Below are positions 14,645-24,799 of a DNA stretch of 55,648 bases, piece after piece (within the stretch, counting starts at the first letter, position 1; every line of letters starts with the position of its first letter). Origin of the DNA: a virus (taxonomy: Duplodnaviria > Caudoviricetes); IMG/VR virus record IMGVR_UViG_3300012532_000003, positions 1 through 55,648 of that record. One strand, given 5' to 3'. Under the pieces are notes generated by a model. It was not told the DNA's origin and did not search any database. It saw only the letters and a program-made list of their open reading frames with translations. The translations under genes and the position numbers were made by a program.

Positions 14645-15424
14645 ATGACGCTTGCTCAAATTGCCGGACTACCAATTCAGAGAGTAAAAGAAAAAACTGC
14701 AAAAATAAACATGCTGATCTATGGAGAAAGCGGTGCAGGAAAGACCCGACTATCCGGATCGGCCGACGACGTGCCCGAGATGCGTCGAGTATTATTTATC
14801 GACGTGGAGGGTGGCATTCTTACCTTACGGGACACTTTTCCAGAAGTAGAGTCAATTCGCGTGCGATCGTGGGAGGAAATGCAGAGCGTCTATGACGAGC
14901 TGTACAAGAACCTTCACGACTTCACCACGATCGTCATCGACTCTCTCACTGAAGTTCAAAAAATGTCCATGGACAAGGTAATGCGAAAACTAGTCGAAGA
15001 GTATGGTGATGACGCCAACGAGGTTCCACAGATTCGCGAGTGGAACATCAATATCGAACAGACCAGAAAGTTTGTTCGGGCGTTTCGAGACCTGCCGGTC
15101 AACACCATATTTACCGCCCTTGTTTCCGTTGAAAAGAATCCACACAAAGGCACAATTCGTCGCAAACCCTCTCTGTCTGGTAAGGTAAAGGACGAAGTAT
15201 CGGGTTTCCTCGACGTTGTTTCCTACCTGTACATCAAGGAAGTCGATGGAAACGTTCGACGAATGCTGCAATGTGGTCAAACTGAAGAGACGGTCGCAAA
15301 AGACCGGACAAACAATTTACCACTTGTTGTCGAAGATCCGGACATGTTCTCGATCTGGAATCTGCTAAATGTCAAAAAGGGAGAGCTAGCAGATGGGCCT
15401 CAAGGTCAACTTCAGCAAAGATGA
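14645..15424 (+). CDS. AAA_24 ATPase (Sak4/RecA-like recombinase)
   Basis: LIYGESGAGKT, LFIDVEGG, TIVIDSLT, AKDR. Confidence 0.88.
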   Translation: MTLAQIAGLPIQRVKEKTAKINMLIYGESGAGKTRLSGSADDVPEMRRVLFIDVEGGILTLRDTFPEVESIRVRSWEEMQSVYDELYKNLHDFTTIVIDSLTEVQKMSMDKVMRKLVEEYGDDANEVPQIREWNINIEQTRKFVRAFRDLPVNTIFTALVSVEKNPHKGTIRRKPSLSGKVKDEVSGFLDVVSYLYIKEVDGNVRRMLQCGQTEETVAKDRTNNLPLVVEDPDMFSIWNLLNVKKGELADGPQGQLQQR

Positions 15425-15857
15425 AGCCGAAAGCACAGCCCGAGAAGTTCCACCGTCTGGTGAGTACCACTGCCGAATCGTTGAGGTAGAAGAGCGCCAA
15501 GTCAAGCCCACCAGCGTGAACGTTGGTAAGCCGTACTGGAACATTCGCTTTGTAATTCAAGATGGTCCATACACCGGCAGCCCGTTGTATGGGAACATCA
15601 TGCTCTTTGAGGGCAAAGATGGCACCCTTGGCGCCCTGGCGCAGTTTCTCAAGGCGCTTGGCTATGGGGTAACTGCTGGAGAGTTCGAGCTTCCTGAGCC
15701 ACACGAGCTAATCAGCCGTGAAATTAACGTTCGAGGCTCCAAGCTTCCGCCCGGTACGGTAAAGGGCCGGGACCTCCCCGAACGCTACCAGATTAAGGGC
15801 TACAAGTCGGCGAACGTTGCCATTAAGTCCGGAAGCACTTCACTGCTGCCGTCTTAA
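15393..15857 (+). CDS. DUF669-like single-stranded DNA-binding protein
   Basis: PPSGEYHCRIVEVE...GKPYWNIRFVIQDGPY; follows the AAA_24 gene. Confidence 0.75.
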   Translation: MGLKVNFSKDEAESTAREVPPSGEYHCRIVEVEERQVKPTSVNVGKPYWNIRFVIQDGPYTGSPLYGNIMLFEGKDGTLGALAQFLKALGYGVTAGEFELPEPHELISREINVRGSKLPPGTVKGRDLPERYQIKGYKSANVAIKSGSTSLLPS

Positions 15858-15868
15858 ATTTTAGCGAG

Positions 15869-15900
15869 CAAGCCACCGGAGAGCTTGCTCCGGTGGCTTG
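15869..15900 (+). terminator. 13-bp hairpin, probable intrinsic terminator or processing site
   Basis: CAAGCCACCGGAG-6 nt-CTCCGGTGGCTTG after the SSB stop; weak U tract. Confidence 0.65.
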
Positions 15901-15924
15901 TGCGTTCCTGACGGGAGGTGGTGA

Positions 15925-18135
15925 GTGACGTATTCGACCTTCAGGGACATAGTCGAAGATACGGAGGAACAGCGCCGAACATTCTTTAAGCTCATATTTG
16001 GACCAAAGGTATCAGGCTATATCTGCATAAGCTACCTGACCCATCCAGATCGAAAAATGTACAACCGCTTCTTCAAATACCCAGACGATCTCGATGGAAT
16101 GTTAGAAAACATTCGTGCCCACACGGAGCAGCCAGTTCACATATACTACGCCTCAGCGCTTTATGACACCGACGATGAGGGTAGAGTCAAAGAATACGTC
16201 AAAAGCTGCCCGTTCGTTTGGGCCGACCTCGACACCACCAAGCCCAGCACCCTGCTGACTCCTCCATCGGTGGTCATCGAAACCTCACCGGACCGTTGGC
16301 AGGCCCTGTGGCTCATGCAAGAACCGCTCACCCGGGCCGAAGCGGAAAATATTACTCAGCGGATATACTACTATCATAAAGGCGACGGCACGGATCCTTG
16401 CTGGGACGCGGGTCACCTTCTCCGAGTGCCATATACACCGAACTACAAATACGGCGACCTGCTGAGTGCGCCACTGGTAACGATCCTTGACGCGAAGCGT
16501 TCTCTCCACCGTCCCGGCGACTTTCACAAGTACCCAATGCCGGCGGCGTTCGCTGACAACCAAAAAGTAATTCCAGTCTTGCCGTCCGAACCGGTCGAGT
16601 CGGTCATAGAACGGAACAAGGATCGACTTCCGGCCGACGTTTATGGTCTGTTACAAAATCCCCCAACGGGCGGCGAGCAGGGCTGGAGCGGCGCGCTGTG
16701 GAAGCTGCTTCGTCACTGCGTAGAAGCCGGAATGCGGCGAGAAGAAACGTTCCTCCTTGCCAACTCTGCTGCCTGCAACAAGTATCGCCGAGACGGAAGA
16801 CCAGAAACGGATCTTTGGGAAGACGTTCTCCGTGCTTTTAACAAGAATATTGAACGGACCAGGATGGCGCCGACGATCAGCGCCTCCATTCCAGATTTAC
16901 TCACCGACGAAGAAACTCGAACCGCACAATCTAAAGAAACCTTTGTAGACCGCTATATTGACTGGGCGAAAACGCTCACCGACGCTCCGGTGCAGTACCA
17001 TCATACTGGAGCGTTAGTCATCCTCAGCGGACTGTTGTCCGGTAGCATGGCACTCTACACCACGTTCGGCAAGATACTGCCCAACCTGTGGTTCATGTTG
17101 CTGTCTGACACGACGCTTACTCGCAAGACTACCGCCATGAACATGGCGATGCGCCTCTTGTTAGAGGTAAACAGTGATGCGTTGCTGGGCGACGATGGCT
17201 CTCCAGAGGGTATTTTCACGGCTATGCGAGACAGGCCGCGCAAGCCCTCGATCCTAAAGAGGGACGAGTTCACCGGCCTAATAGAGGCCATCGCGCATAA
17301 GGACTACATGTCCGGGCTTGCTGAACAGTTGACAAAGCTTTACGACGGAGACACCCTGAAGCGTTTGCTTCGAAAAGAAATCATTGAAGTTCGAGACCCA
17401 ATATTCCTCATGTATGTTGCCGGCACGAAGACTCGGACTCAAAATGTGGTCAACGAAGACATGGTAATGAGCGGATTCTTTCCAAGATTCATCATAGTCA
17501 CCGCTGAACCACACTTCGAAGATCTTCATCCGATTGGACCACCACTACCAGTTGACTTGGATAAAAGGGACCTCATCAAAAATGAACTCATTGACATGTA
17601 TAACCACTACTCCAAGGAAACCGATGTTACCCAAGATGGTCGAATTATCGGAAGAATGCCATTGGAGTACAACGTATACTTGACACCGGAAGCCTGGTCC
17701 CGTTATAATGAATACGAAAGAACAATGATGAAAGCTGCTGTTGAGTCTGGTCTTAATCACCTCACCCCAGTGAACGATCGCCTTTGCAAATCAACACTCA
17801 AGGTCGCGATCTTACTGGCAGCAAACCGCCAGCGTGGTGACAGTGTAACTGTTGAACTTGTCGACCTGTTGAATGCTATCTACTACGCTAGGGAATGGCG
17901 ATACTATGCCAGCGAGATAGTTAACGGCATCGGTAAGCCTCAGGACGAGCGACTGATTATGAGAATGCTTTCCTCGCTTCGAGATGCAAGACTAGGCATT
18001 ACCAGAAGCGAGCTGATGTCGATGTTCATGCTAGACGCGCGCCGAGCCGACCTTATCTTTGCAACCATGGAGCAACGGAAGCTAATTTTCAAGGTTGATA
18101 TAGGACAGGAGTTTAGATATCAGGCGACAAACTAA
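15925..18135 (+). CDS. RepB-like primase fused to a DUF3987-type helicase/ATPase domain
   Basis: VWADLD, VIETSPDRWQALW, LLRVPYTPNYKY; RKTTAM, SPEGIF, RDEF, GFFPRF. Confidence 0.85.
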   Translation: MTYSTFRDIVEDTEEQRRTFFKLIFGPKVSGYICISYLTHPDRKMYNRFFKYPDDLDGMLENIRAHTEQPVHIYYASALYDTDDEGRVKEYVKSCPFVWADLDTTKPSTLLTPPSVVIETSPDRWQALWLMQEPLTRAEAENITQRIYYYHKGDGTDPCWDAGHLLRVPYTPNYKYGDLLSAPLVTILDAKRSLHRPGDFHKYPMPAAFADNQKVIPVLPSEPVESVIERNKDRLPADVYGLLQNPPTGGEQGWSGALWKLLRHCVEAGMRREETFLLANSAACNKYRRDGRPETDLWEDVLRAFNKNIERTRMAPTISASIPDLLTDEETRTAQSKETFVDRYIDWAKTLTDAPVQYHHTGALVILSGLLSGSMALYTTFGKILPNLWFMLLSDTTLTRKTTAMNMAMRLLLEVNSDALLGDDGSPEGIFTAMRDRPRKPSILKRDEFTGLIEAIAHKDYMSGLAEQLTKLYDGDTLKRLLRKEIIEVRDPIFLMYVAGTKTRTQNVVNEDMVMSGFFPRFIIVTAEPHFEDLHPIGPPLPVDLDKRDLIKNELIDMYNHYSKETDVTQDGRIIGRMPLEYNVYLTPEAWSRYNEYERTMMKAAVESGLNHLTPVNDRLCKSTLKVAILLAANRQRGDSVTVELVDLLNAIYYAREWRYYASEIVNGIGKPQDERLIMRMLSSLRDARLGITRSELMSMFMLDARRADLIFATMEQRKLIFKVDIGQEFRYQATN

Positions 18136-18161
18136 GGGGTGTTAGGAAACAAACTAAGGGG

Positions 18162-18482
18162 TTGAGAAAAATTTCGTACGTAGGACGAACTATCCGCCGA
18201 AACGATTTTGCAATCAAGATCAGATTGCAAGGCGCGGATGTTACACCGACCCGAGAAAAATATGATAAAATTTGGTATTACGTTTCCAAACTGGCAATCG
18301 ACTCGTTTAACAACTTCCCAGACAAACTAGCAGCGCACCTTTGCCGGAAAATTTCCGAGTTCCTTTCTAACGACGAAGAGGTGCTGTGGGTTGAGGTTGA
18401 AGTCCTTACCAACGATGGTAGGTTCTTTGGCTGCCACGGCCTGGTGTCAACGGAAGAAGCTTTATATGAAAACGCGGCTTGA
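18162..18482 (+). CDS. Hypothetical protein
   Basis: AAGGGG RBS adjacent, TTG start; in operon. Confidence 0.55.
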   Translation: MRKISYVGRTIRRNDFAIKIRLQGADVTPTREKYDKIWYYVSKLAIDSFNNFPDKLAAHLCRKISEFLSNDEEVLWVEVEVLTNDGRFFGCHGLVSTEEALYENAA

Positions 18483-18669
18483 GGAAGCACTCGTTATAGG
18501 CACAGACAACAGTAACAATAGCCACAACTGGGCACAGAAAGTGGGGGCAGTGCCAGCGAACTATGACAAGTCCCGGTTCCAACGAAGATTTCACCGGGGT
18601 GCCCATCGAAAGGATCCAACTCTCATGGATGTGTTTCGGAAAATGATAAGGATGAATCGTGGATCCTGA
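18466..18669 (+). CDS. Hypothetical protein
   Basis: ATG 18466; overlaps neighbours at both ends. Confidence 0.5.
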   Translation: MKTRLEEALVIGTDNSNNSHNWAQKVGAVPANYDKSRFQRRFHRGAHRKDPTLMDVFRKMIRMNRGS

Positions 18670-18877
18670 ACTTGTTTATCATGAGTTCGAGCGGTTGAAG
18701 AGAGAACGTTGGGATTTGACCGAAGGTCTGGCCAACAACGCCGATGATTTCGATGTTATGCTCGCTGACATAGCGAACATGGCACTCTATCTGTACATGT
18801 CCAGGAAAGTTGTGCCGGTGGCAGAGTCAATTTTGGAGGGGTTCGTAAGCAATGCAAAACGCAAACCTTCCGCCTAA
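18659..18877 (+). CDS. Hypothetical protein
   Basis: AAGGA RBS; LADIANMAL helix. Confidence 0.55.
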   Translation: MDPELVYHEFERLKRERWDLTEGLANNADDFDVMLADIANMALYLYMSRKVVPVAESILEGFVSNAKRKPSA

Positions 18878-19025
18878 CCCAATTACGGTGCTCGCCGAAG
18901 GTGCGGCTCAGCTCCACGAGATCTTCTGCTCGTATAAGGCAGCCGGGTTTACCGAGCAACAGGCACTGTATCTTGTCGGGTTGATTATTACCGCAGCGAT
19001 GCGAGAGGCAAACGCTAGCGATTGA
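18852..19025 (+). CDS. 57-aa conserved-type actinophage protein
   Basis: GGAGG RBS; MQNANLPPNPITVLAEGAAQLHEIFCSYKAAGFTEQQALYLVG...; not in the ORF track. Confidence 0.75.
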   Translation: MQNANLPPNPITVLAEGAAQLHEIFCSYKAAGFTEQQALYLVGLIITAAMREANASD

Positions 19026-19474
19026 CCAGGAGAAACGTGACTACCAAGCTTAAGGGCAGCTTTCTACTACTGTTGTTAATAGTAGGAGGATACCTGTTCG
19101 TCACCCACTTCGACCTCATCCCGCAACCCGCGCCGATAAATGGTAAAGCGCCACTTTTCGTTGATGACCCGATTCCAACCCGAGATAGCAACGACATTCT
19201 TCTCCACGTACACTATCAAGCAGAAGTTGAAACCATCTCAATAGTCTATTGGGTCGGATTGACTCAGTTTGGACCATATACTTTTCACACTCAAGGTCGA
19301 GACCACTCATGGAACAAGTACGTACCAGACACAAAGCTAGAAATAGTCCTGATTACTAGACAATGGAAGAACGGTTACGTCACATGCGCCATATGGCGAA
19401 AATTCACTAGAATCGATTTCGACGCCGGTAGTACCAAAGACGGGGTTTCGTGTGGAAAAGACAAGGGTATATGA
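19022..19474 (+). CDS. Membrane-anchored hypothetical protein
   Basis: N-terminal TM helix; start may be GTG 19037 (AGGAG RBS). Confidence 0.65.
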   Translation: MTRRNVTTKLKGSFLLLLLIVGGYLFVTHFDLIPQPAPINGKAPLFVDDPIPTRDSNDILLHVHYQAEVETISIVYWVGLTQFGPYTFHTQGRDHSWNKYVPDTKLEIVLITRQWKNGYVTCAIWRKFTRIDFDAGSTKDGVSCGKDKGI

Positions 19475-19513
19475 ATGTCCGACAGCATCGATTGATTACA
19501 TAGAAGTGGAACA

Positions 19514-19939
19514 ATGACAATAACCAAATCTGACGCCATTGTCGTTGACGTAGACGGTACGCTCGCGCAGATGTGTGACCGTGGCGTGTACGATCATGAG
19601 AAGGCCATTGACGACACATTGTGTTTTCCAGTCGCCACCATCGTTCAGGGACTGCACGAGTACTATGGCTATCACATCCTCTACGTCACTGGTAGGTTCG
19701 AGAAGCATCGAGATACCACCGTAAGATGGTTCAATAAGAACAACCTCCCACATGGACGTTTGTTCATGCGTCGGGATGATGACTACCGGTCGGATGAAAT
19801 TCTCAAAGAAGAGATTTATCGTAAAGATATAGAGCCGCGGTACCGTGTTGAGTTCGTGCTAGACGACCGAGACCGTGTGGTAAGAATGTGGCGAAGCATA
19901 GGTCTTAAGTGTTTACAAGTCGCAGAGGGGAACTTCTGA
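19514..19939 (+). CDS. HAD-family polynucleotide 3'-phosphatase (PNKP C-terminal type)
   Basis: VDVDGTLA, VTGR, LFMR..DD.R.D...K, DDR..VV.MWR.IGL.CLQVA.GNF. Confidence 0.9.
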   Translation: MTITKSDAIVVDVDGTLAQMCDRGVYDHEKAIDDTLCFPVATIVQGLHEYYGYHILYVTGRFEKHRDTTVRWFNKNNLPHGRLFMRRDDDYRSDEILKEEIYRKDIEPRYRVEFVLDDRDRVVRMWRSIGLKCLQVAEGNF

Positions 19940-19940
19940 A

Positions 19941-20207
19941 GTGAAAATTAGAGAAGATCACGAGCGCGGGCAGAAGCTCGACGCGGCAGGCGCGGCAATG
20001 ATTCCGGTCCCCGTTGTCGCCGCGCATGAGCTGGCACTGCTACGCAAGGAGGTGGCCGACGTTCGCCACTACGCACGCGGCGCCTTCGTCCTGTCGGCGG
20101 GCGCGTTCTTGTTCGGTCTACTGGCGGCATTGTTCTCCGGGTTTACCGCATACGTGACCTATACCGTGATCCGGGCGCTGCAAGACGTCGCAAACCAGCT
20201 CAACTAG
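19941..20207 (+). CDS. Membrane protein
   Basis: GAGGGG RBS; long hydrophobic C-terminal helix. Confidence 0.65.
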   Translation: MKIREDHERGQKLDAAGAAMIPVPVVAAHELALLRKEVADVRHYARGAFVLSAGAFLFGLLAALFSGFTAYVTYTVIRALQDVANQLN

Positions 20208-20235
20208 GCTGGCACCACCATCGATAGTCGGATTA

Positions 20236-22569
20236 GTGCAGGAGTTGTTGGTGGAACGTAAGCACCCATACGCGAACTGCGAGTCGTGCCCATTTGGCAC
20301 GAAGGGTGGCTACGTTCCTACCTTGAACTTAAAGCCAAAAAGCAAAATAGCCGTGATTGGTGAGGCGCCCGGAGCTTATGAGGCGGCCTACGGAATACCA
20401 TTCACTGGCCCATCCGGTGACCTTCTGAATACGGTACTTGAGCACCATGGTCTCAGGCGCGACGAGATTATGATTTCCAACATGGTTAGTTGTAGGCCAG
20501 ATGGTAACGAAGACCCGCCAAAATCCGCACTCGAAGCCTGTGCTCCTCGCCTCCACAGGGAGATCGAAGAGTCCGGGGTTGAAAAAATCATAGCAGTGGG
20601 GAAGACCGCATCTCACGCACTTGTTGACAGCAAGGCTTCAATGCGGAAGCTACGGGTCGGTCCACCTAAGCCGTACAAGGTGGATTCTACAATATCCGTA
20701 ATTCCAACGTGGCACCCGGCCTACTCACTGCGGTCTCCAGACTCGTTTCCGGACTTGGTGTATGACTTTGGCAAGGTAAAGCAGGTATTCGACAATGTTT
20801 GGGTTGAACCGCAATACAGAGTCATTGACGATATTGTTCTTGCCGAAAGAGCAATGCAAAAACTTTCAGATGGATGCGACCGCCTCGTATTGGACATTGA
20901 ATGCGGTGTTGAAAAAGATACCGCATTTGTCCATCCAAGCGAATTTCCTCTGCTCTGTGTGGGCTTCGCATATGCACCAAAACGCGCTGTGGTATTTGGG
21001 GAGAACGCCGTTAACCACCCCAGATTTCCAGGTCTACTCCGGCAACTTTTATCAAGAGTTAAGCTTATTGCTCACAATGGCAAATTTGACCTTGCCGGAC
21101 TTCGTAATGTGGCGGGTAAGCAACTACTCTGGTTTGACACAATGCTCTCCTCCTACTGCCTTAATGAGCGTTCTGGCGGCCATGGCCTCAAGCAACTTTC
21201 CATTGAAAAGCTCGGAGCCCCCGACTACGAACAAGCCATTCGTGAGTACATACCAAGATCCGGAAACTATGCCGACGTTCCCCGAGCAGTCCTCTATCGA
21301 TACAACGCCTATGACGTAGTTTGTACCTGGGAGCTGTACGAACTTTTCAGCACCAAGATGAACGACGATGACTGGCACAAGCATGACCTGTTGATACGAG
21401 CCGCGAACGTGCTCATCGAGCTGGAGCTAGCCGGCATATCGTTCGACCTAATCCTCAACAAAGAGCTGAACAAGGTCTTCGCCGATGAGCTGGCCGACAT
21501 CGAGGACAAGATGACTGCGCTCGTGGGCCGAGAAATTAACCCACGTTCTGTGCCTCAGGTCCAACGGTACTATGCCGAGCACAAGCTGATCCTGCCAACC
21601 ACCGAAGCGGACTTCCTAGCGGCGTTGGCAGAGAAGATTGACGGCGAGCCGTTAGAGTTTACCAAGCTTCTGCTGCTTCACCGTAAGCGGGCGAAGCTCT
21701 ATGGGACGTACGTCAAGGGCTTGGCTAAGCGGGTGTCGTTGGGTAAGGTTTACACCACATATTTGCTCCATGGCACAACGTCAGGCCGCCTAGCCAGCCG
21801 AAACCCAAACCTGCAAAACGTTGTCCGTCCACCCGCCAAAGGCTCTAACGAAATCAACATTCGGAACCAGTTCACCGTTTCAACTGAAGATCATGTACTC
21901 ATACAGCTTGACTACAAACAAGCGGAAGGGCGGGTCATTGCTACACTCGCACAAGATGAGTATCTTCGCGGAATCTTCCAAAACGAAAATCGCGATATTT
22001 TCACTGAGATCTGTAACGATGTTTTCGGCCTTGGTAAGCACGGCAAGGAAGAGCGCGTCAAGATCAAGTCTGTATTTTACGGTTTGGCATACGGGCGGGA
22101 AGCCGCTTCGATTGCCCAAGAACTTGAAATCACCCTGGATGAGTCCCAAAAACTTCTTAGAGACTTCCGGGCTCTCATCCCTGGCGTCATGGCCTGGCAA
22201 GCTACAATCAAACACCAGGTACTTTCGGGCCATGACCTTGTTACGCCGTACGGACGGCGCCGGTCGTTCTGGCTAATTACCGATAAGAACAAAGCGGACG
22301 TACTCAACGAGGCATTAAGTTTTCTACCGCAGTCCATCGCATCAGACATTTGCCTTGAGGCACTCATTGATGTCCAACCGCTGCTTTCGGGGATCGCTAC
22401 AACCAGACTAACGATCCACGACGCAATCGTATTTGAATGTCATAAAGGCAGGATCGAAGAAACAATCGGTGTGGTTAAGACCGCTATGATTGAGTCTGCA
22501 TGCCGTTTTACGGAATACGTACCGTTTGCTGTAGATGTTTCAATAGGTCAAAGATGGGGAGAGCTGTGA
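20236..22569 (+). CDS. polA: Family A DNA polymerase with N-terminal uracil-DNA-glycosylase-like domain and 3'-5' exonuclease
   Basis: CESCP, IGEAPG, FTGPSG, TWHPAY; LDIE, HNGKFD, YNAYD; SGRLASRNPNLQN, DYKQAE, K...YGLAYG, IHDA. Confidence 0.95.
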   Translation: MQELLVERKHPYANCESCPFGTKGGYVPTLNLKPKSKIAVIGEAPGAYEAAYGIPFTGPSGDLLNTVLEHHGLRRDEIMISNMVSCRPDGNEDPPKSALEACAPRLHREIEESGVEKIIAVGKTASHALVDSKASMRKLRVGPPKPYKVDSTISVIPTWHPAYSLRSPDSFPDLVYDFGKVKQVFDNVWVEPQYRVIDDIVLAERAMQKLSDGCDRLVLDIECGVEKDTAFVHPSEFPLLCVGFAYAPKRAVVFGENAVNHPRFPGLLRQLLSRVKLIAHNGKFDLAGLRNVAGKQLLWFDTMLSSYCLNERSGGHGLKQLSIEKLGAPDYEQAIREYIPRSGNYADVPRAVLYRYNAYDVVCTWELYELFSTKMNDDDWHKHDLLIRAANVLIELELAGISFDLILNKELNKVFADELADIEDKMTALVGREINPRSVPQVQRYYAEHKLILPTTEADFLAALAEKIDGEPLEFTKLLLLHRKRAKLYGTYVKGLAKRVSLGKVYTTYLLHGTTSGRLASRNPNLQNVVRPPAKGSNEINIRNQFTVSTEDHVLIQLDYKQAEGRVIATLAQDEYLRGIFQNENRDIFTEICNDVFGLGKHGKEERVKIKSVFYGLAYGREAASIAQELEITLDESQKLLRDFRALIPGVMAWQATIKHQVLSGHDLVTPYGRRRSFWLITDKNKADVLNEALSFLPQSIASDICLEALIDVQPLLSGIATTRLTIHDAIVFECHKGRIEETIGVVKTAMIESACRFTEYVPFAVDVSIGQRWGEL

Positions 22570-22976
22570 GATCACAGCCGATTAGGATAACAAAGTTAGG
22601 AAAATTAGTCGGGTTTGCTTTTTTCCTAGTATTAGTATTTTTCGTAACCCTTACCTGTGGCACAATCAACAGGGAAACAAATAATCCAACGAACACTAAC
22701 ATCGTGATTACAGCAACTACATCCCACGTTGAAGCAATCTCAACGGCAGAACCAACAACACCGGCACCAGTGCCAACAACACAGGCACCAGTAGTACCAC
22801 CTACAACGTACAATCCACCCCCTCCCAAACCAAAGACCACTCCGACGCTGACTGGTATAAAAGCCGGACAGTTTTGTAAGAGGATATACCAAGGAAAATA
22901 CGCTTACGATTCAAATGGTAATTTACTTTTCTGTGGGCCAGTAGGTGTGACACATCCCCGTTGGTGGCATGCATGA
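22566..22976 (+). CDS. Membrane-anchored Pro/Thr-rich protein with small Cys domain
   Basis: GTGA coupling; TM helix, PT linker, AGQFC...LFC...PRW. Confidence 0.7.
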   Translation: MRSQPIRITKLGKLVGFAFFLVLVFFVTLTCGTINRETNNPTNTNIVITATTSHVEAISTAEPTTPAPVPTTQAPVVPPTTYNPPPPKPKTTPTLTGIKAGQFCKRIYQGKYAYDSNGNLLFCGPVGVTHPRWWHA

Positions 22977-23272
22977 CGCGGCAGGTGGAAATGATATGTG
23001 ACCAATTCGTGCTATCCGAGCTGACGCTCAACGCCGTTAAAGCCGAGGCGACGCGGGCGCACCTGAAGCATGGCTCGAAGTCGCTCGGCAACCCCGCGAT
23101 GCCTACCGTGGAAAAACTGGCTGCTCTCGTGGAGGAGGTCGGCGAGGTCGGCCGATGTCTGACCTATGACCAGGACCACGCGGGGGCGCTGGTAAAGGAG
23201 CTGCTTCAGGTCGCAAGCGTTGCTCTGTCCTGGGTGGAGTCAATTGAAGGCGAGCCACATTCGGTTACATAA
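22973..23272 (+). CDS. MazG-like nucleotide pyrophosphohydrolase
   Basis: LAALVEEVGEV...KELLQVASVALSW. Confidence 0.8.
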   Translation: MTRQVEMICDQFVLSELTLNAVKAEATRAHLKHGSKSLGNPAMPTVEKLAALVEEVGEVGRCLTYDQDHAGALVKELLQVASVALSWVESIEGEPHSVT

Positions 23273-23337
23273 CAGGAGCCGTGTTGCCTGTGTAGATCTA
23301 TTTTCCTATTTACCGATAGTAGAATTGGAGTATTTTC

Positions 23338-24087
23338 GTGAGCGTAGTGTCTACAGCACCAAGGCCCAAAATATTCTACTTACCGTTCGATGGACACAAA
23401 ATTCGTGCATGCTTGCAAAACGACGTAATGTGGGTCTGTGGCCTAGATGCAACAAAAGCATTTAAATATGGTGATCCTAGTAGTCCACTCAGAGACATTG
23501 ACAAAGCGGACCAGCAAGAACTGCTGGTCCAGAATGATCGGAACCAACTTCGTCCTATGAAATTCATCCATGAGGCAGCATTTTACGAACTCGCTTTTCG
23601 TTCAAGATTACCAGCAGCCAGACAATTCACACGTAAGGTCTTTGGGGAAATACTTCCTCAAATTCGAAGAACTGGAATTTATATAAGTTCAACTGTTAGT
23701 GCTATTGTTCAAAACGAGGCCAGACCTTGGGAGCTTATGTATGACAAAGATTTCCGTGACCTTATAAAAAGAGCTGGAATGTCACAACCCGAATTCTATA
23801 AATTTATGTACGAGAAGTTACACCCGGCTGGAACTTATGATACATTAAAATCACAAGTGGAATCAAGATGGTTTCCGACCAGCTATAGATTCTTTAATGT
23901 AGACAAGGCAACAGGAAAACGTGTAATGCTTCACCAGTTCTACAAGGACATGGGAATTGAGTACAACAAGTACAAGCAAGGCCAACTATCGATGATAATC
24001 CAGTATATGTTGATGGAGAATGGCAACAGAATAAATTTCCTGGAAATTTGCGACAGTGTATTTGGACAAAAGGCAATAGTAGCATAA
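23338..24087 (+). CDS. BRO-N domain protein (antirepressor-like)
   Basis: FDGHKIR...W....D....FIHEAAFYELAFRSRLPAARQF..KVF.EILPQIRRTG.Y. Confidence 0.88.
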   Translation: MSVVSTAPRPKIFYLPFDGHKIRACLQNDVMWVCGLDATKAFKYGDPSSPLRDIDKADQQELLVQNDRNQLRPMKFIHEAAFYELAFRSRLPAARQFTRKVFGEILPQIRRTGIYISSTVSAIVQNEARPWELMYDKDFRDLIKRAGMSQPEFYKFMYEKLHPAGTYDTLKSQVESRWFPTSYRFFNVDKATGKRVMLHQFYKDMGIEYNKYKQGQLSMIIQYMLMENGNRINFLEICDSVFGQKAIVA

Positions 24088-24096
24088 ACGAGTATT

Positions 24097-24402
24097 ATGA
24101 GAATACAAAGAACCGAACACGGAAAGATTTACTCACGAACCACCATTACCCCATACATGGCAACGTACACCCAACCACTTCATAACGCCGCTCTGGCCTG
24201 GTTGTACCATCATGTTTGGGAACATTGTTCTTGGAGAATCTACCGTTTAATAGAAAAACTCATCAATCAGAACGCGAGAGCATTTAGAGAAGACCTTTAC
24301 ATTCCGCTTACTAATCGACAAGACATTCGATGCTATCACCTCAGCCACAAAAACAGAGTAGAAGTCAACAGGGTCATAGGTGAGTCGTATCCAGTCCGTT
24401 GA
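24097..24402 (+). CDS. Hypothetical protein
   Basis: 101-aa ORF in operon. Confidence 0.6.
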   Translation: MRIQRTEHGKIYSRTTITPYMATYTQPLHNAALAWLYHHVWEHCSWRIYRLIEKLINQNARAFREDLYIPLTNRQDIRCYHLSHKNRVEVNRVIGESYPVR

Positions 24403-24799
24403 GTGTCACTGTGTGAGGAGCCCCTCGGTGCCAACCTGGACGTACCCGACGAGTCGGGTTATATCGGTCACGGACGGCGACAATTTCTTGGACATGGTTG
24501 ACCAGGGCCTAGAAACCTTCCGGCGCTTAAATTGCCGCCTAAACGGCTGTAATGCTCGCGAGCATGATGAGGAAGGAGGTCCAGAGGCTACCTACAACCT
24601 CACTCAAACGTTTCTCGCCTATCCGGAAGTGACCATCCAGGTCATTAAGTATGACAAGTACGGTCCAAGGCACCAAGTCAAGGTGTTTCTTCCCGATGGA
24701 ACAAGCTTAATTGAAAAGCTTATCGCCGAGCAGTGGCTGGCAAGATGGGACGGTAGAGGGGAAAAACCGGTACCACCATGGCCTAGAACAGTTGCGTGA
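24380..24799 (+). CDS. Thermonuclease (SNase) family protein
   Basis: VISVTDGD, DQG, RLNGCNARE, DKYG.R, L...L. Confidence 0.8.
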   Translation: MSRIQSVECHCVRSPSVPTWTYPTSRVISVTDGDNFLDMVDQGLETFRRLNCRLNGCNAREHDEEGGPEATYNLTQTFLAYPEVTIQVIKYDKYGPRHQVKVFLPDGTSLIEKLIAEQWLARWDGRGEKPVPPWPRTVA

